64,000 nucleotides of DNA from IMG/VR virus record IMGVR_UViG_2511231106_000004, positions 1 to 64,000 of that record; one strand, 5' to 3'. A model generated the notes under the pieces. That model did not search any database. It was not told the origin of the DNA and saw nothing but the letters and a program-made list of their open reading frames with translations. A program made the position numbers and the translations under genes. Each line of letters starts with the position of its first letter. The first letter of the stretch is position 1. Of the stretch, positions 37,039 to 47,283 are shown in pieces. This stretch comes from a virus (Duplodnaviria > Caudoviricetes).

Positions 37039-37521
37039 TCAGCCGCCAGTTACGGTCGCACCGTCCGCACTCTTCAAATCGCTTAAGGGCCCGTCCCCGG
37101 AAATGGTCCCGGACAAGGTGGCTACGTCATCATGAGGGGTGGACAGGCTGCATTCCGTCACGGAGCCCCAGCCGGTCACATAGCTTTTGTCCGGATACTC
37201 GAATTTAATGTGGACCTGCTTTCCTGCAAGGAAAGAGGCTTCCAGGAATTTGGCCCCCTTGTCTCCGGCCAGATACACAGATTCCAGGTCCAGGGACCAG
37301 TTCCGCAGACCGGGGATGGTGGATTTCCATCCGCTGGACGTTTTACTGCTGGCGTCGATTTCGTCTGCCTGCCGGGTCAGGTCACCGCTCCGCTGGCCCC
37401 CTAAGAGCAGCCAGGTGGGGTTAGTATCGGATTCTCCCGCGTTCAGATAAATAAGGTAATCCTTGCCGGCAGTGGCCGTGTTAGAGGCTTCGCTCCGGCT
37501 AGGAAACGTTGTAGTTGCCAT
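37039..37521 (-). CDS. Major tail tube protein (TP901-1 family)
   Basis: GKDYL, GGQRSG, IDASSK, GLRNWS, SGDGPL. Confidence 0.9.
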   Translation of the reverse strand: MATTTFPSRSEASNTATAGKDYLIYLNAGESDTNPTWLLLGGQRSGDLTRQADEIDASSKTSSGWKSTIPGLRNWSLDLESVYLAGDKGAKFLEASFLAGKQVHIKFEYPDKSYVTGWGSVTECSLSTPHDDVATLSGTISGDGPLSDLKSADGATVTGG

Positions 37522-37522
37522 A

Positions 37523-37927
37523 TTATTCCTCCTTATGGATGTTCTGGATGAGAACTTCCAGGGTGATCACCCCGCTGTAGCCGGTCTCATCCTCCGGGTA
37601 GGTTTCGTAGAAATCCACCCCCTGGGCGTTTACGTAAAACTCCTCTCCCGTTAGATCCAGTTGTTCCGTCCCGAACAGGTTGATCAGCTTCTCCGCCAGG
37701 GTGTTGATTTCGTACCGTCCTTTGTAGTTGCTGTAAATGTGGATATGGGCCGAAAGGTGGGTTATATCTTCTATCTTGGTGGACTTATCCTGGACCGTCA
37801 TGGTCCCCAGGGTAATAAACGGCAATACCGCTTCCTGAGGGACATAGTCGTAGACGGCCAGTCCTGTATGGTTTCTCAAAAAGGCCACCAGAGCCTTGTG
37901 TACGGCGTTATTGGGTAATCTTTTCAT
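37523..37927 (-). CDS. Tail terminator (DUF3168)
   Basis: VYDYVPQEAVLPFITLG. Confidence 0.85.
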   Translation of the reverse strand: MKRLPNNAVHKALVAFLRNHTGLAVYDYVPQEAVLPFITLGTMTVQDKSTKIEDITHLSAHIHIYSNYKGRYEINTLAEKLINLFGTEQLDLTGEEFYVNAQGVDFYETYPEDETGYSGVITLEVLIQNIHKEE

Positions 37928-38367
37928 GGTTCCTGGATCACTTTCTTAACCTCTCGAATCAGCTGGGGTTCCACATAGTCATAGGCCGGCTTGAAGAAAG
38001 GCTTCCCAGATTGGGCCGGAATCCGGGACCGTTTCGTAAACACAGGGCCTCCCTTAAAGAACCGGAGGGCCTTTTTCTTCTTGGGCCTTACCGTATGGGC
38101 CCTACTGCCGAATTCCACCAAATGGGCATAGGGCACATTGCTGTACACCTGGCCTTCCAGCTTCACCGTGGAAAACCGGGTCTTGATGGATTTCTTCAGT
38201 TTTCCCGATCGCACCGGTACCCGCTGCCGGGCTTCCCGGGCTACCGCGTTCGTCCCGTTTTTCAGGACTGCTTCCACCCGAAGTCTTGTCTTCCCATCCC
38301 AGGCAGAAATCTGCCGGATGGCCTTACTCAGTTCCCCTTCTGGAACTTTTACCGTAAATACGGCCAT
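37924..38367 (-). CDS. HK97 gp10 family neck protein
   Basis: PVRSGKLKKSI, YAHLVEFGS, PFFKPA. Confidence 0.88.
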   Translation of the reverse strand: MAVFTVKVPEGELSKAIRQISAWDGKTRLRVEAVLKNGTNAVAREARQRVPVRSGKLKKSIKTRFSTVKLEGQVYSNVPYAHLVEFGSRAHTVRPKKKKALRFFKGGPVFTKRSRIPAQSGKPFFKPAYDYVEPQLIREVKKVIQEP

Positions 38368-38369
38368 GG

Positions 38370-38690
38370 CTACACCCCCTGTTCATACCGATGGACGATC
38401 AGCGTGGTACTGTCCCGGTAAGTATTGTCCACGGTCTCGATTTCATAGATTTCCCCCGAAAGCTTGAACTGCCAGCCTCTCCTGATGTCCTTTCGGGGCC
38501 GGATTTTGAGACGCAATTGCTCCCGATTCATGAGAGTCCCCTGGGCTTCCTGTTCGGCATAGTTTGTCTGGATCACCTGGGCCCAGATTTTCCCTTCTTC
38601 TTCATAGTCCGTATGAAAGCCCCCGTACCCGTCTTCGGAAGGAATAGGCCTAAGAAGGGTAATCCGTTTATCCATCTTCCCGATTTTCAC
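38370..38690 (-). CDS. Head closure / head-tail adaptor
   Basis: IGKMDKRITL, DGYGG, IWAQV. Confidence 0.85.
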   Translation of the reverse strand: MKIGKMDKRITLLRPIPSEDGYGGFHTDYEEEGKIWAQVIQTNYAEQEAQGTLMNREQLRLKIRPRKDIRRGWQFKLSGEIYEIETVDNTYRDSTTLIVHRYEQGV

Positions 38691-38974
38691 TAGAAGGCTT
38701 CCTTCCTTTCCCCAAACAAAAGAGAGCGCAGGGTGAGAAGCAGATTGTGATAATCCGCATCCTCCCTGTGCTCATAGAGATAGGCTACCGAAAAAAGGAC
38801 GGCCATTTTGAAGGCCGCCGTTTCTTCCGGTTCTTCTTTCCGCAGGGTGTCCAGACAGAGCCGCTCGGAAGAAGCGATGAGACGGGCAATCAGGTCATCC
38901 TCCTCGTTTCCGTCTATCCGGAGATAGGCTTTGGCTTCCTCAAGCGTTATGAGTCCTGTCACTGCCATGCTCAT
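38690..38974 (-). CDS. Head-tail connector (gp6-like)
   Basis: TLEEAKAYLRID...YLYEHRE. Confidence 0.9.
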   Translation of the reverse strand: MSMAVTGLITLEEAKAYLRIDGNEEDDLIARLIASSERLCLDTLRKEEPEETAAFKMAVLFSVAYLYEHREDADYHNLLLTLRSLLFGERKEAF

Positions 38975-38995
38975 CGCCTCCCTCTAAAGCGGTCA

Positions 38996-40192
38996 TCAAC
39001 CGGCCTGGACCTGCAGGACTTTTACGGTTTCCGGCAGGATCAGGCGGCCATCCACCCGTTCGCTGGCCAGGAATCCGATCTGCCCGTTGGCTGCATAGAG
39101 TTCACTAAGCCGCTTGAACTTCCGGCCCTGACGGTCGGCAATCCAGTAGTAGGAGTAGTCCCCCAGGGCAATGACCTTGTTGCCGGCCGCCAGTTCCGGC
39201 ACGAAAGAAGACGTGCGATACGGCAGGCTAAGGATCCGGTCCGGCTGGCCCACCTGGACAGAAGGCTGCCAGATGTAGTTGCCGTTGTTGTCCTTCAGTT
39301 TCCGGATGGCTTTTACCGTGGAATCGTTCAGGATCCAGGAAGCATTTCTGCGGTAGGGGGTTCTCAGGCTGTGGTACAGATCCATCATGTCATCGAAGGT
39401 GATGGCGGTCTTCCCGGCCGTCACTCCCACTTCCGCTCCCTGGAACACACCCATAGGTTTATGCTGGCCATCGCCCACCAGGAAGGCTTCTTCTTCCTTA
39501 GTGCCGATCCGTCTGGCAAATTCCTGAGTGATGTAGCTTTCCAGGTCAAAGACGCTGTCATTCATCAGTTCTTCGGAGACCCGGATGGCAGTCCCCAGCT
39601 TATGGGCTCCCAAGTTCACCTGGCTGAAGGTGTCATCGCTTTCCGGATAGACACTGCCTTCTTCCATCCAGGCCGCTTCCCCATGGCTGGCTACAACAGG
39701 GATCGTGTGGTCCCCGGAAGACGTGCGGATGGTATGGGCCAGGCTGCGGAAGAAGTTCTCTTCCTGGAGGGCTGCCACCAGAGTGTGTTCGTATTCATCC
39801 GGGACCAGGTACCCGCCTTCGGGATCAGAACCGATGGTCAGGGTGTCTTTGATTTCCTGGATGTTGCCCTTCCCCCGGAAGGCCTGCCAGAAGGCTTTGG
39901 TGTAGGCATCGCTGGCCCGTCCCACTTTGGTGTCCGGTTTCAGGTTTCCGGCACCGGGATTGACCTTGAGTGCCGTATCAATAGTCTTATTCATTTCATC
40001 ATCGATGTTCCGCTGGCGCTCCAGCCGTTCGATTTCTTTTCCCAGGGCCACCACTTTTTCTTCCATCCGGTCGTAAACAGCGCTGTCTTCCGCAGAGACC
40101 ATGCCGTCTTTGTCCCTATGGGATTCCAGGAAGGCTTTAGCCATTTCCCAGGTGTTGGCTCTTTCTTCTCTCAGTTTCAGAATCTGATTCAT
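38996..40192 (-). CDS. Major capsid protein (HK97 fold)
   Basis: GGYLVP, VSEELMND, NGNYIWQP, GDYSYY, RVDG. Confidence 0.95.
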   Translation of the reverse strand: MNQILKLREERANTWEMAKAFLESHRDKDGMVSAEDSAVYDRMEEKVVALGKEIERLERQRNIDDEMNKTIDTALKVNPGAGNLKPDTKVGRASDAYTKAFWQAFRGKGNIQEIKDTLTIGSDPEGGYLVPDEYEHTLVAALQEENFFRSLAHTIRTSSGDHTIPVVASHGEAAWMEEGSVYPESDDTFSQVNLGAHKLGTAIRVSEELMNDSVFDLESYITQEFARRIGTKEEEAFLVGDGQHKPMGVFQGAEVGVTAGKTAITFDDMMDLYHSLRTPYRRNASWILNDSTVKAIRKLKDNNGNYIWQPSVQVGQPDRILSLPYRTSSFVPELAAGNKVIALGDYSYYWIADRQGRKFKRLSELYAANGQIGFLASERVDGRLILPETVKVLQVQAG

Positions 40193-40204
40193 GGATATTC
40201 CTCC

Positions 40205-40918
40205 TTAATGCACAAGAAGGCCCAGCCGCTTCATGAGTTTGTCCGCGGGGACCTTGTCGTTTGCAGGTTCTTTTGTTTTCTTATTGATGGACAGTTTAGT
40301 CAAAAGAGAATTCGTAACGGCTGCCCGACTAAAAAGCATGGCATCTACGTCGGGCTCTCCCTCTTTATTCTCTTCCGTATAGAGAATGGAATCCGCAAAC
40401 CCCATCTCCACCGCTTTTTTGGCGTTGAACCAGGATTCTGCATCCATCAGCCTGGAAATCTTGTTCCGGGACAGGCCCGTCTTGATTTCATAGGCGTTTA
40501 CGATGCTTTCCTTCACTTCAGCCAGCATATCGATGGCTTTCTGCATCTCCTTACTGTCCCCGATGGCCACCGTGATGGGATTGTGGATCATCATCATGGC
40601 CACAGGGGACATTTCCACCTGGCTTCCGGCCATGGCAATGACGCTGGCTGCAGAAGCCGCCAGCCCATCAATCTTCACAGTTACCCGACCGGGATAGTCC
40701 ATGAGCACGTTATAGATCTGGGCTGCCGCAAACACATCTCCCCCAGGGGAATTGATCCAGAGGGTAATATCTCCGCTCCCGGCCATCAGCTCGTCTTTGA
40801 ACATTTTAGGGGTCACTTCATCCCCGAACCAGGTTTCATCGGAGATTTCCCCGGAAAGGTACAGGGTGCGGGCTTCTTCGCCTTCGTTCTTCACCCAGTT
40901 CCAAAATTTACGTTTCAT
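40205..40918 (-). CDS. ClpP-like head maturation protease
   Basis: INSPGG, AASAASVIA, MMIHNP. Confidence 0.93.
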   Translation of the reverse strand: MKRKFWNWVKNEGEEARTLYLSGEISDETWFGDEVTPKMFKDELMAGSGDITLWINSPGGDVFAAAQIYNVLMDYPGRVTVKIDGLAASAASVIAMAGSQVEMSPVAMMMIHNPITVAIGDSKEMQKAIDMLAEVKESIVNAYEIKTGLSRNKISRLMDAESWFNAKKAVEMGFADSILYTEENKEGEPDVDAMLFSRAAVTNSLLTKLSINKKTKEPANDKVPADKLMKRLGLLVH

Positions 40919-40991
40919 TGGTTTCCTCCTTTCAGGCATAAGAAAAGCACCCGGTAGATTACTCCGCCAAGGTGCTGTTAAGAAATCAAGT

Positions 40992-41744
40992 CTAATTCCA
41001 ATACATGCTAAGAGTTATGCTGTTTGGATAGTCATTAAACCACATATATTCTCCAGGCACTACTTTATAACCCGCAAGTACCCCTGCTTTCGGAAGTCCT
41101 CGAAAGCCATAAGCGGATTGAAATTCATAGGGCATATTTTCACAATTAAACCCTGTCCTGTCGAAACGCCGGTTTCCGCTCCGGTAAATTCTAATGGAAT
41201 GAACCCGCTGATACATCATAGTTAATTCCAGACCAATACTTTGATAGCTCCATACAGCACCATTGGTTTTAGGAATAATAGTATCTGGGTTCCCATATTT
41301 TGCACGAACAGCTTCTTCTGTCATATCCAGATAGATCCCGCCTACTGATTCATAGTATTGTGGTTCCAATGTTCTCAAAAGTAAGGTATTCTTACTGCCG
41401 TCCTTAGCATCCCCTTTCAAAATAACATGGGGATGGTAGCTGTCCGGATATAAGCAATCACAATCCAGAGGCAGATCCCGATACCCTTCTGATTCTACGA
41501 TACGGACGATACAGCTGAAATCGCCCCCGCCGCCAGCAACCCGATAGACTCCTATGACCGGACAGCTATTCACCGTATTGTCCTGAAAATCAAGGACAAC
41601 ATTCCCCTCCTTGTCATACCATTGCCCTTGCAATTTGGACAAAACTTTAGCAGTTGGATCATAAGAAGCCATTGCCATTGAACTAAATCCAAGCAGCATT
41701 AGACCGGTAAAAAGCAATAGTACTCCTTTTTTCCACCATTTCAT
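40992..41744 (-). CDS. Secreted moron protein between portal and protease
   Basis: Signal peptide MKWWKKGVLLLF...AMA; AT-richer than its flanks; own downstream hairpin. Confidence 0.75.
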   Translation of the reverse strand: MKWWKKGVLLLFTGLMLLGFSSMAMASYDPTAKVLSKLQGQWYDKEGNVVLDFQDNTVNSCPVIGVYRVAGGGGDFSCIVRIVESEGYRDLPLDCDCLYPDSYHPHVILKGDAKDGSKNTLLLRTLEPQYYESVGGIYLDMTEEAVRAKYGNPDTIIPKTNGAVWSYQSIGLELTMMYQRVHSIRIYRSGNRRFDRTGFNCENMPYEFQSAYGFRGLPKAGVLAGYKVVPGEYMWFNDYPNSITLSMYWN

Positions 41745-41802
41745 AAACCCGCCCCCATACAATTTTAAGATAATTCTATTATATAGAGGCTGCTTTGGAA
41801 AC

Positions 41803-43053
41803 TCAACTTTCTGTTGTTTTACCCGCAAATAGGCCGGCATCTTTCAGTTTCGTCATATTCCCATTGATGAGATACAAGTCCCCGCCCTCTTCTTCCGGGA
41901 TCCGGTTCATGTTCTCCAATTCCCGGATATCGTTGGCGGACAGCCACCCGTTCTGGCGGCCTACAGCATAACCGTTCATCCGGCTTTCGTAGTCACCCCG
42001 AAGGAGGCCATCCACATTGAAGTGGATTTCATACCGGGTCCGTTCTTCCGGGGTCAGGAGGGATTGGCTCATGGCCTGTTCCCACCGGGATACCCAGGGC
42101 CCAAGGGTATACTTCACAAATTCCAGAGACTGCTGCTCGATGTTGGAGAAAGTGGATTTTTCCAGATCCCCGATCATATGAGGAGGTACCCGGAAGATTC
42201 GGGCGATCTCATCAATCTGGAACTTCCTGGTTTCCAGGAACTGTGCCTGATCCGGAGAGATCCCGATGGGAGAATACTTCATGCCTTCTTCCAGGACGGC
42301 CACTTTGCCGGCATTGCTGCTGCCACCAAACTGGGACTGCCAGGCTTCCCGAACCCGCTGAGGATCTTTGATGGTCCCCGGATGCTCCAGGACGCCGCTG
42401 GGAGAGGCCCCATTGGCGAAAAATTTCGCCCCGAACTCCTCGCAGGCGATGGCCATGCCGATGGCGTTCTTGGCCATTGCGATGGGAGAATAGCCCACCA
42501 GGCCGTCAAAGCCAAGGCCGGGAATGTGCATCACGTTCTCCTTCCGGAGCCGGACCGTGCCGTATTCTTTAATTTTTGGGTTTTCGTCTGTGGCTTTGGT
42601 ATAGAGATAGTAAATCTCCCCATCCCCATCCCGGCACACTTCCATCCGGTCCGGCATCAGGGGATACAGGGCTACCACCTGCCCCCTGCCATTCCGAATG
42701 ATCTGGGCGAAGGCATTGCCCCACAGAAGAAGATGGGTCATGAGCGTCTCCCGGAATACGAAACTTGTCATCTCCGGGTTAGGGGCATCGTGAAGAAGCC
42801 CCGCAAGGGGATGCTGGAACTCCCGGACTTTCCCGTTTCCTTCCCGGTTGTACCGGAAGAGATGGAGGGGCAAGCCTGCGATGGATTCTGAAAGGACCCG
42901 GACGCAGGCATAGACCGCCGTCATCTGCATGGCGGACCGTTCATTGACGGCCTTCCCGGAAGAAGAGCCGCCAAAGAAGAACCAGTGCCCGCCGCCCAGA
43001 AGTCTGTTTCTGGGCTTGTCCCTGGATTTGAAGAGTTTGGAAAATAAATTCAT
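41803..43053 (-). CDS. Portal protein (HK97 family)
   Basis: AVYACVRVLSESIAGLP, PNPEMT, IARIFRVPPHMIG. Confidence 0.95.
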   Translation of the reverse strand: MNLFSKLFKSRDKPRNRLLGGGHWFFFGGSSSGKAVNERSAMQMTAVYACVRVLSESIAGLPLHLFRYNREGNGKVREFQHPLAGLLHDAPNPEMTSFVFRETLMTHLLLWGNAFAQIIRNGRGQVVALYPLMPDRMEVCRDGDGEIYYLYTKATDENPKIKEYGTVRLRKENVMHIPGLGFDGLVGYSPIAMAKNAIGMAIACEEFGAKFFANGASPSGVLEHPGTIKDPQRVREAWQSQFGGSSNAGKVAVLEEGMKYSPIGISPDQAQFLETRKFQIDEIARIFRVPPHMIGDLEKSTFSNIEQQSLEFVKYTLGPWVSRWEQAMSQSLLTPEERTRYEIHFNVDGLLRGDYESRMNGYAVGRQNGWLSANDIRELENMNRIPEEEGGDLYLINGNMTKLKDAGLFAGKTTES

Positions 43054-43176
43054 GAAAGACTCCTTTTATTTTTTGGCAACCGACTTTTAGTCGGTTTTCC
43101 CATTGACGACTCGATTTCGCGTCTAGTGACAGAAAAAAAGCCTTGTACTATGCTTGCTAACAGGAGGTAATGTGAT

Positions 43177-43629
43177 ATGAAATTTGGAGAAAAGATTAGA
43201 CGCTATCGAGAAAACAATAACCTGACCCAAAAGGATCTAGGAGATCAGTTACATTTAACAGACGATGCAATCTACAAGTGGGAAGCTGGGAAAAGTTTCC
43301 CAGATGTCCCTATGCTTCGAAATCTTGTTGAACTCACAGGCTATGATGCTGAAACTCTGACAAACGATAACCGTTCTATCGAAGCCTATTACGGGCTTCC
43401 CGTTTCTGCTAAAACGTTCTTGTATGAAAAAACGATCAACGCAAGAGATTCAGTTCATGAAATCTATGATATTGGGTTACGAAAAGGAGTAAAATTACAT
43501 CGTTTTACAAACCGCGGTGGAGAAGAATACTCAGCCATTTACTGTGGTTCAAATGAAATTTTTTCTTGTCCACGAAAAGAAGAAAAGGAAATGATTTATT
43601 ACTGGAACACGAACGAAATCAATTTCTAA
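43177..43629 (+). CDS. XRE-family HTH protein, inserted antisense between terminase and portal
   Basis: LTQKDLGDQLHLTDDAIYKWEAGKSFPD; RBS AGGAGG. Confidence 0.88.
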   Translation: MKFGEKIRRYRENNNLTQKDLGDQLHLTDDAIYKWEAGKSFPDVPMLRNLVELTGYDAETLTNDNRSIEAYYGLPVSAKTFLYEKTINARDSVHEIYDIGLRKGVKLHRFTNRGGEEYSAIYCGSNEIFSCPRKEEKEMIYYWNTNEINF

Positions 43630-43664
43630 ACGTAAGCCCTACTCACAACGAGCAGGGCTTTTCT

Positions 43665-45266
43665 CTATACAAAAAGCAGTCCCCGGGAATCGTAGACGCT
43701 TTCGTGAGCATTGTTCCCGCACCGGATGGCCCGGTCAAGGCCCATGATGGTGGCAATGGCCCCGTCTATTTTTTCCGTGGACTTTTCCTTATCTGCCTTG
43801 ATATTGCCGGCAGGATCTCTCCGGATATAAATATTATCCATCATCCATCGAAGGACTGGATGCCCTCCATGAGCAATTCGCTGCTCCAGCGTGAGCTTCA
43901 TAAGCTCCTTAGTAGGAGGGCTCATGTCCTTGAATCCCTGTCCGAAGGGGACCACCGTAAAGCCCATCCCCTCCAGGTTCTGGACCATCTGTACGGCACC
44001 CCACCGGTCAAAGGCAATTTCCTGTATATTGAACTTTTCACCCAGCTTCTCGATGAACTTTTCAATATACCCGTAGTGGATGACATTTCCTTCGGTTGTC
44101 TGGATAAATCCCTGCTGGGCCCAGATGTCGTACATCACATGGTCCCGCTTTACCCGCAGGGGCAGTGTCTCCTCCGGCAGCCAGAAGTACGGCAGGATGC
44201 AGTACTTATCCTGGTCATCCAGAGGCGGGAATACAAGTACGAAGGCGGTAATGTCCGTGGTGCTGGAAAGGTCCAGACCGCCGTAGCAGATCCGTCCTTC
44301 CAGGTCTTCTTCCCGTACTGGGAAAGCACAGGCATCCCACTTGTCCATAGGCATCCACCGAACAGACTGCTTCACCCATTGGTTCAGCCGCAGCTGACGG
44401 AAAACATTCTCTTCGCTGGGTGTCTCTTTGGCCGATTCACAGGCTGCTTTCACTTTGTCGATCCCTACAGTAATCCCAAGAGAAGGGTTGGCCTTCTTCC
44501 ACACTTTGGGGTCGGTCCAGTCATCCTGCTCCCCAGCCCCGTAGATTACTGGGTAAAATGTGGGATCATGCTTCCGCCCTTCCAGGATGTCCATGGCCTT
44601 TTGATGGACTTCATAGCAGATGCTGTGGGTGTCCGTCCCGGCTGTGGTAATGAGGAAATACAGGGGCTGCATCCGGGCATCCCCGGAGCCTTTGGTCATT
44701 ACATCAAAAAGCTCTCGGTTGGGCTGGGTATGGAGTTCATCGAACACCACCCCGTGGATATTAAACCCGTGCTTGGAATAGGCCTCTGCCGAAAGAACCT
44801 GGTAGAAGCTGTTGGTGGGACGAAACACCATCCGTTTCTGGGAGGACAGAATCTTGACCCGCTTGCTGAGAGCCGGGCACATCCGGACCATATCGGCCGC
44901 TACTTCAAAAACGATGGAGGCCTGCTGCCGGTCTGCGGCACAGCCATAGACTTCGGCCCCTTCTTCCCCGTCCCCGCAGCAGAGCAGGAGTGCCACAGCT
45001 GCGGCCAGCTCACTTTTCCCCTGCTTCTTGGGGATCTCGATATAGGCTGTGTTGAACTGCCGGTAGCCATTGGGCTTTATGGTACCGAACAGATCCCGGA
45101 TGATCTGTTCCTGCCAGTCGATGAGCTCGAAGGGATGGCCCGCCCAGGTTCCCTTGGTGTGGCACAGGCTCTCAATAAAGGCCACGGCATAATCCGCCAA
45201 TTCCTTGTTGTAGGTGGACGTTTTGGCCTTAAACTTTGTCGGTTTGTATTTTTTGAGTTTCCGCAT
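43665..45266 (-). CDS. terL: Terminase large subunit
   Basis: PKKQGKSE Walker A, VVFDELH Walker B, GGLDLSST nuclease, KIDG. Confidence 0.96.
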   Translation of the reverse strand: MRKLKKYKPTKFKAKTSTYNKELADYAVAFIESLCHTKGTWAGHPFELIDWQEQIIRDLFGTIKPNGYRQFNTAYIEIPKKQGKSELAAAVALLLCCGDGEEGAEVYGCAADRQQASIVFEVAADMVRMCPALSKRVKILSSQKRMVFRPTNSFYQVLSAEAYSKHGFNIHGVVFDELHTQPNRELFDVMTKGSGDARMQPLYFLITTAGTDTHSICYEVHQKAMDILEGRKHDPTFYPVIYGAGEQDDWTDPKVWKKANPSLGITVGIDKVKAACESAKETPSEENVFRQLRLNQWVKQSVRWMPMDKWDACAFPVREEDLEGRICYGGLDLSSTTDITAFVLVFPPLDDQDKYCILPYFWLPEETLPLRVKRDHVMYDIWAQQGFIQTTEGNVIHYGYIEKFIEKLGEKFNIQEIAFDRWGAVQMVQNLEGMGFTVVPFGQGFKDMSPPTKELMKLTLEQRIAHGGHPVLRWMMDNIYIRRDPAGNIKADKEKSTEKIDGAIATIMGLDRAIRCGNNAHESVYDSRGLLFV

Positions 45267-45344
45267 GGGTGCTCCCTCCTTTCTTTTTACTGGGTATAAG
45301 AAAAGGAGCCCGGAGGCTCCTTGGTTCTTGCTGTCCCCCGTTCC

Positions 45345-45788
45345 TCAAAGGCTGAAGAGGAAGGCGGGGATTCTTTCGTATTCGTTGCTCATGAATTTCT
45401 GGCCGGATCCGTAGATTTCGGTCATCCCTTTCAATTTGCAACCCAGCTGGGTAAATTGCCAGGCTACCTGGACGGCGCTGGACCAGGTGGAGGAAAAAGT
45501 GAATTCTTTCACCCCAAATTCCCGGAACACTTTGAGGATCTTTTCCGGTTCCTGGTAGGTTCCGGAAAGGTCCAGGAGGCTGTTGCCGTGCTTTTTCATG
45601 TCGCTGTAAAGCCGCATCATGTTCCCGAAGTCTTCCCCTTCTGCCTGGACTTCCTTCACCAGTTCCTGGTAGGCATCCCGGCAGGCCTGCATGGTCTGGG
45701 CATCCCCAACCTTTTCTGCTGCATCGAACTTCTTTTCCAGTTCCTCGCTGCGCCCGTAGAGTTTTTCCATCATTTCCATCTTTGTCAT
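45345..45788 (-). CDS. Conserved phage hypothetical protein
   Basis: GVKEFTFSSTWSS...IPAF; RBS AAGGAGG; own upstream motif. Confidence 0.8.
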   Translation of the reverse strand: MTKMEMMEKLYGRSEELEKKFDAAEKVGDAQTMQACRDAYQELVKEVQAEGEDFGNMMRLYSDMKKHGNSLLDLSGTYQEPEKILKVFREFGVKEFTFSSTWSSAVQVAWQFTQLGCKLKGMTEIYGSGQKFMSNEYERIPAFLFSL

Positions 45789-45839
45789 TTTGTTTTCCTC
45801 CTTGTGGTTGTGTGCTTTGCCTTTTGGCATGTACATACA

Positions 45840-45865
45840 TCACTCTAAAAACAGATAATAGCAAG
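45840..45865 (-). promoter_or_regulatory. CTTGCTA-N12-AGAGTGA motif (copy 2)
   Basis: Repeated upstream element. Confidence 0.7.
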
Positions 45866-45934
45866 CAAATTCTGTGTATTTATTCATTTTTTCTGGAACA
45901 GGGGCCTTTGCTTGGCCCCTGCCCTTCCCCTGTT

Positions 45935-46114
45935 TTACCGGAACTCGATGGTCAGCATTCCGTTTCCCATCCACCAGGTACTTTCTTCATTCGGGTCTTC
46001 TAAAAAGGCTTTCTTGGCTTCCCGGATCATTTTGTTCACGTTGGCCTCTCCGTACATTTCACAGGCTGCTTTCTTACTGATTTTCTTGGCGTCCAGGGTA
46101 ATGATCGTTCTCAT
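45935..46114 (-). CDS. Small hypothetical protein
   Basis: MRTIITLDAKKISKK...; RBS GAGG; preceded by the repeated motif. Confidence 0.7.
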   Translation of the reverse strand: MRTIITLDAKKISKKAACEMYGEANVNKMIREAKKAFLEDPNEESTWWMGNGMLTIEFR

Positions 46115-46179
46115 GGGTATTTCCTCGCTTTCATGTGCTTTTTGCTTTTGGGGGCTGTCCCCTTTGGCATGTCTATTAA

Positions 46180-46205
46180 TCACTCTAAAGGCACATAATA
46201 GCAAG
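46180..46205 (-). promoter_or_regulatory. CTTGCTA-N12-AGAGTGA motif (copy 3)
   Basis: Repeated upstream element. Confidence 0.7.
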
Positions 46206-46286
46206 CGAATTCTGTGTATTTATGCAAGTATACAAGAAAGAAGAACAGGGCCTTACGGCCCCTTCCCCTGCCTGTGGCTACCGCCT

Positions 46287-47195
46287 TCAGGCGGCGTTTC
46301 TCCAGGCGGAATTCCCGGTGAGGTGTTTCAGCATGTGGAGCCGGCAGGTCTTGAATTCTTCCCCGATAAGCCCCAGCCGGAGCATCCAGCACCGGAAGGC
46401 GTATTTCTCGTTGTCCGTCTCCGTCTTTCTGGCGGAGGCTTTCTTCTGGGTCAGTGCCTGATGGGCCACCGCCAGACAGAACTGGATGTATGCCTTGATT
46501 TCCCCGGCGTGGAGGGTGCCGTTGAAAAGCCGGAATTCCACCGTCCCTTTGGTGAAGGTGGCGTGGAGGTTGAGCCCGTGGTACCGGCTGTTGTTGTAAT
46601 GTTCATCCCGACCAAAGGGTGCCTGGATGTACCAGATGTCGGAAAATTCTGCCATGGTTCGGGGCTGCTTCTTGTTCAGTTCCCAGAGGAAGGTTTCATC
46701 TGTCTTCTGGCAGTATCTGGCTTCCCGGAGGGCGTCGATCTGGAGGGCATGGTAGATCATATCTTCCTTGCTGGCCACCAGGTTTACCAGGTTCCGCAGG
46801 GTTTTCGGGGTGAACTTCTCGGCTCCCACATGGATGTGAATCCCGCAGGAGGTGTTCACCAGGGCCCCGGCTTTTCTCAGGGTCCGTACCAGTTCCTGCA
46901 GCTTCGGGATGTCGTCGTAGGAAAGGATGGGGCTTACCACTTCCGTCCGGTAGTCCCGGGTGGCGCCCTCGATCTGGCCGCCCACCTTTCTCTGAGGTCG
47001 GATGCTGGAGTCGCTCATGGCTTTCCAGGTCCGTCCTTGGTTATCCAGGGCGGTGTAGGTATCGTAGGCTCCGCCTTCATAGGTGCCCCGTCCTGTTCCG
47101 AAGAAACCGGCCATCAGGTTGGCAGCCTTTTCTCTCGTAATCCCCGTCATTTCCATTTCAATCCCGAAGTGCAGTGTTTTCATCCTTCTCGTCAT
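46287..47195 (-). CDS. Amidoligase family protein (COOH-NH2 ligase type 2)
   Basis: FGIEMEM, DSSI, EVVSP, SCGIHIHV, TVEFRLF. Confidence 0.92.
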   Translation of the reverse strand: MTRRMKTLHFGIEMEMTGITREKAANLMAGFFGTGRGTYEGGAYDTYTALDNQGRTWKAMSDSSIRPQRKVGGQIEGATRDYRTEVVSPILSYDDIPKLQELVRTLRKAGALVNTSCGIHIHVGAEKFTPKTLRNLVNLVASKEDMIYHALQIDALREARYCQKTDETFLWELNKKQPRTMAEFSDIWYIQAPFGRDEHYNNSRYHGLNLHATFTKGTVEFRLFNGTLHAGEIKAYIQFCLAVAHQALTQKKASARKTETDNEKYAFRCWMLRLGLIGEEFKTCRLHMLKHLTGNSAWRNAA

Positions 47196-47235
47196 CCTTT
47201 CGCTAGGTTTGTGTGTTCTTTGGCATGTGTATATA

Positions 47236-47261
47236 TCACTCTAAACGCACAGAATAGCAAG
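47236..47261 (-). promoter_or_regulatory. CTTGCTA-N12-AGAGTGA motif (copy 4)
   Basis: Repeated upstream element. Confidence 0.7.
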
Positions 47262-47283
47262 GGATTTTGAGAATAGTTATTAA

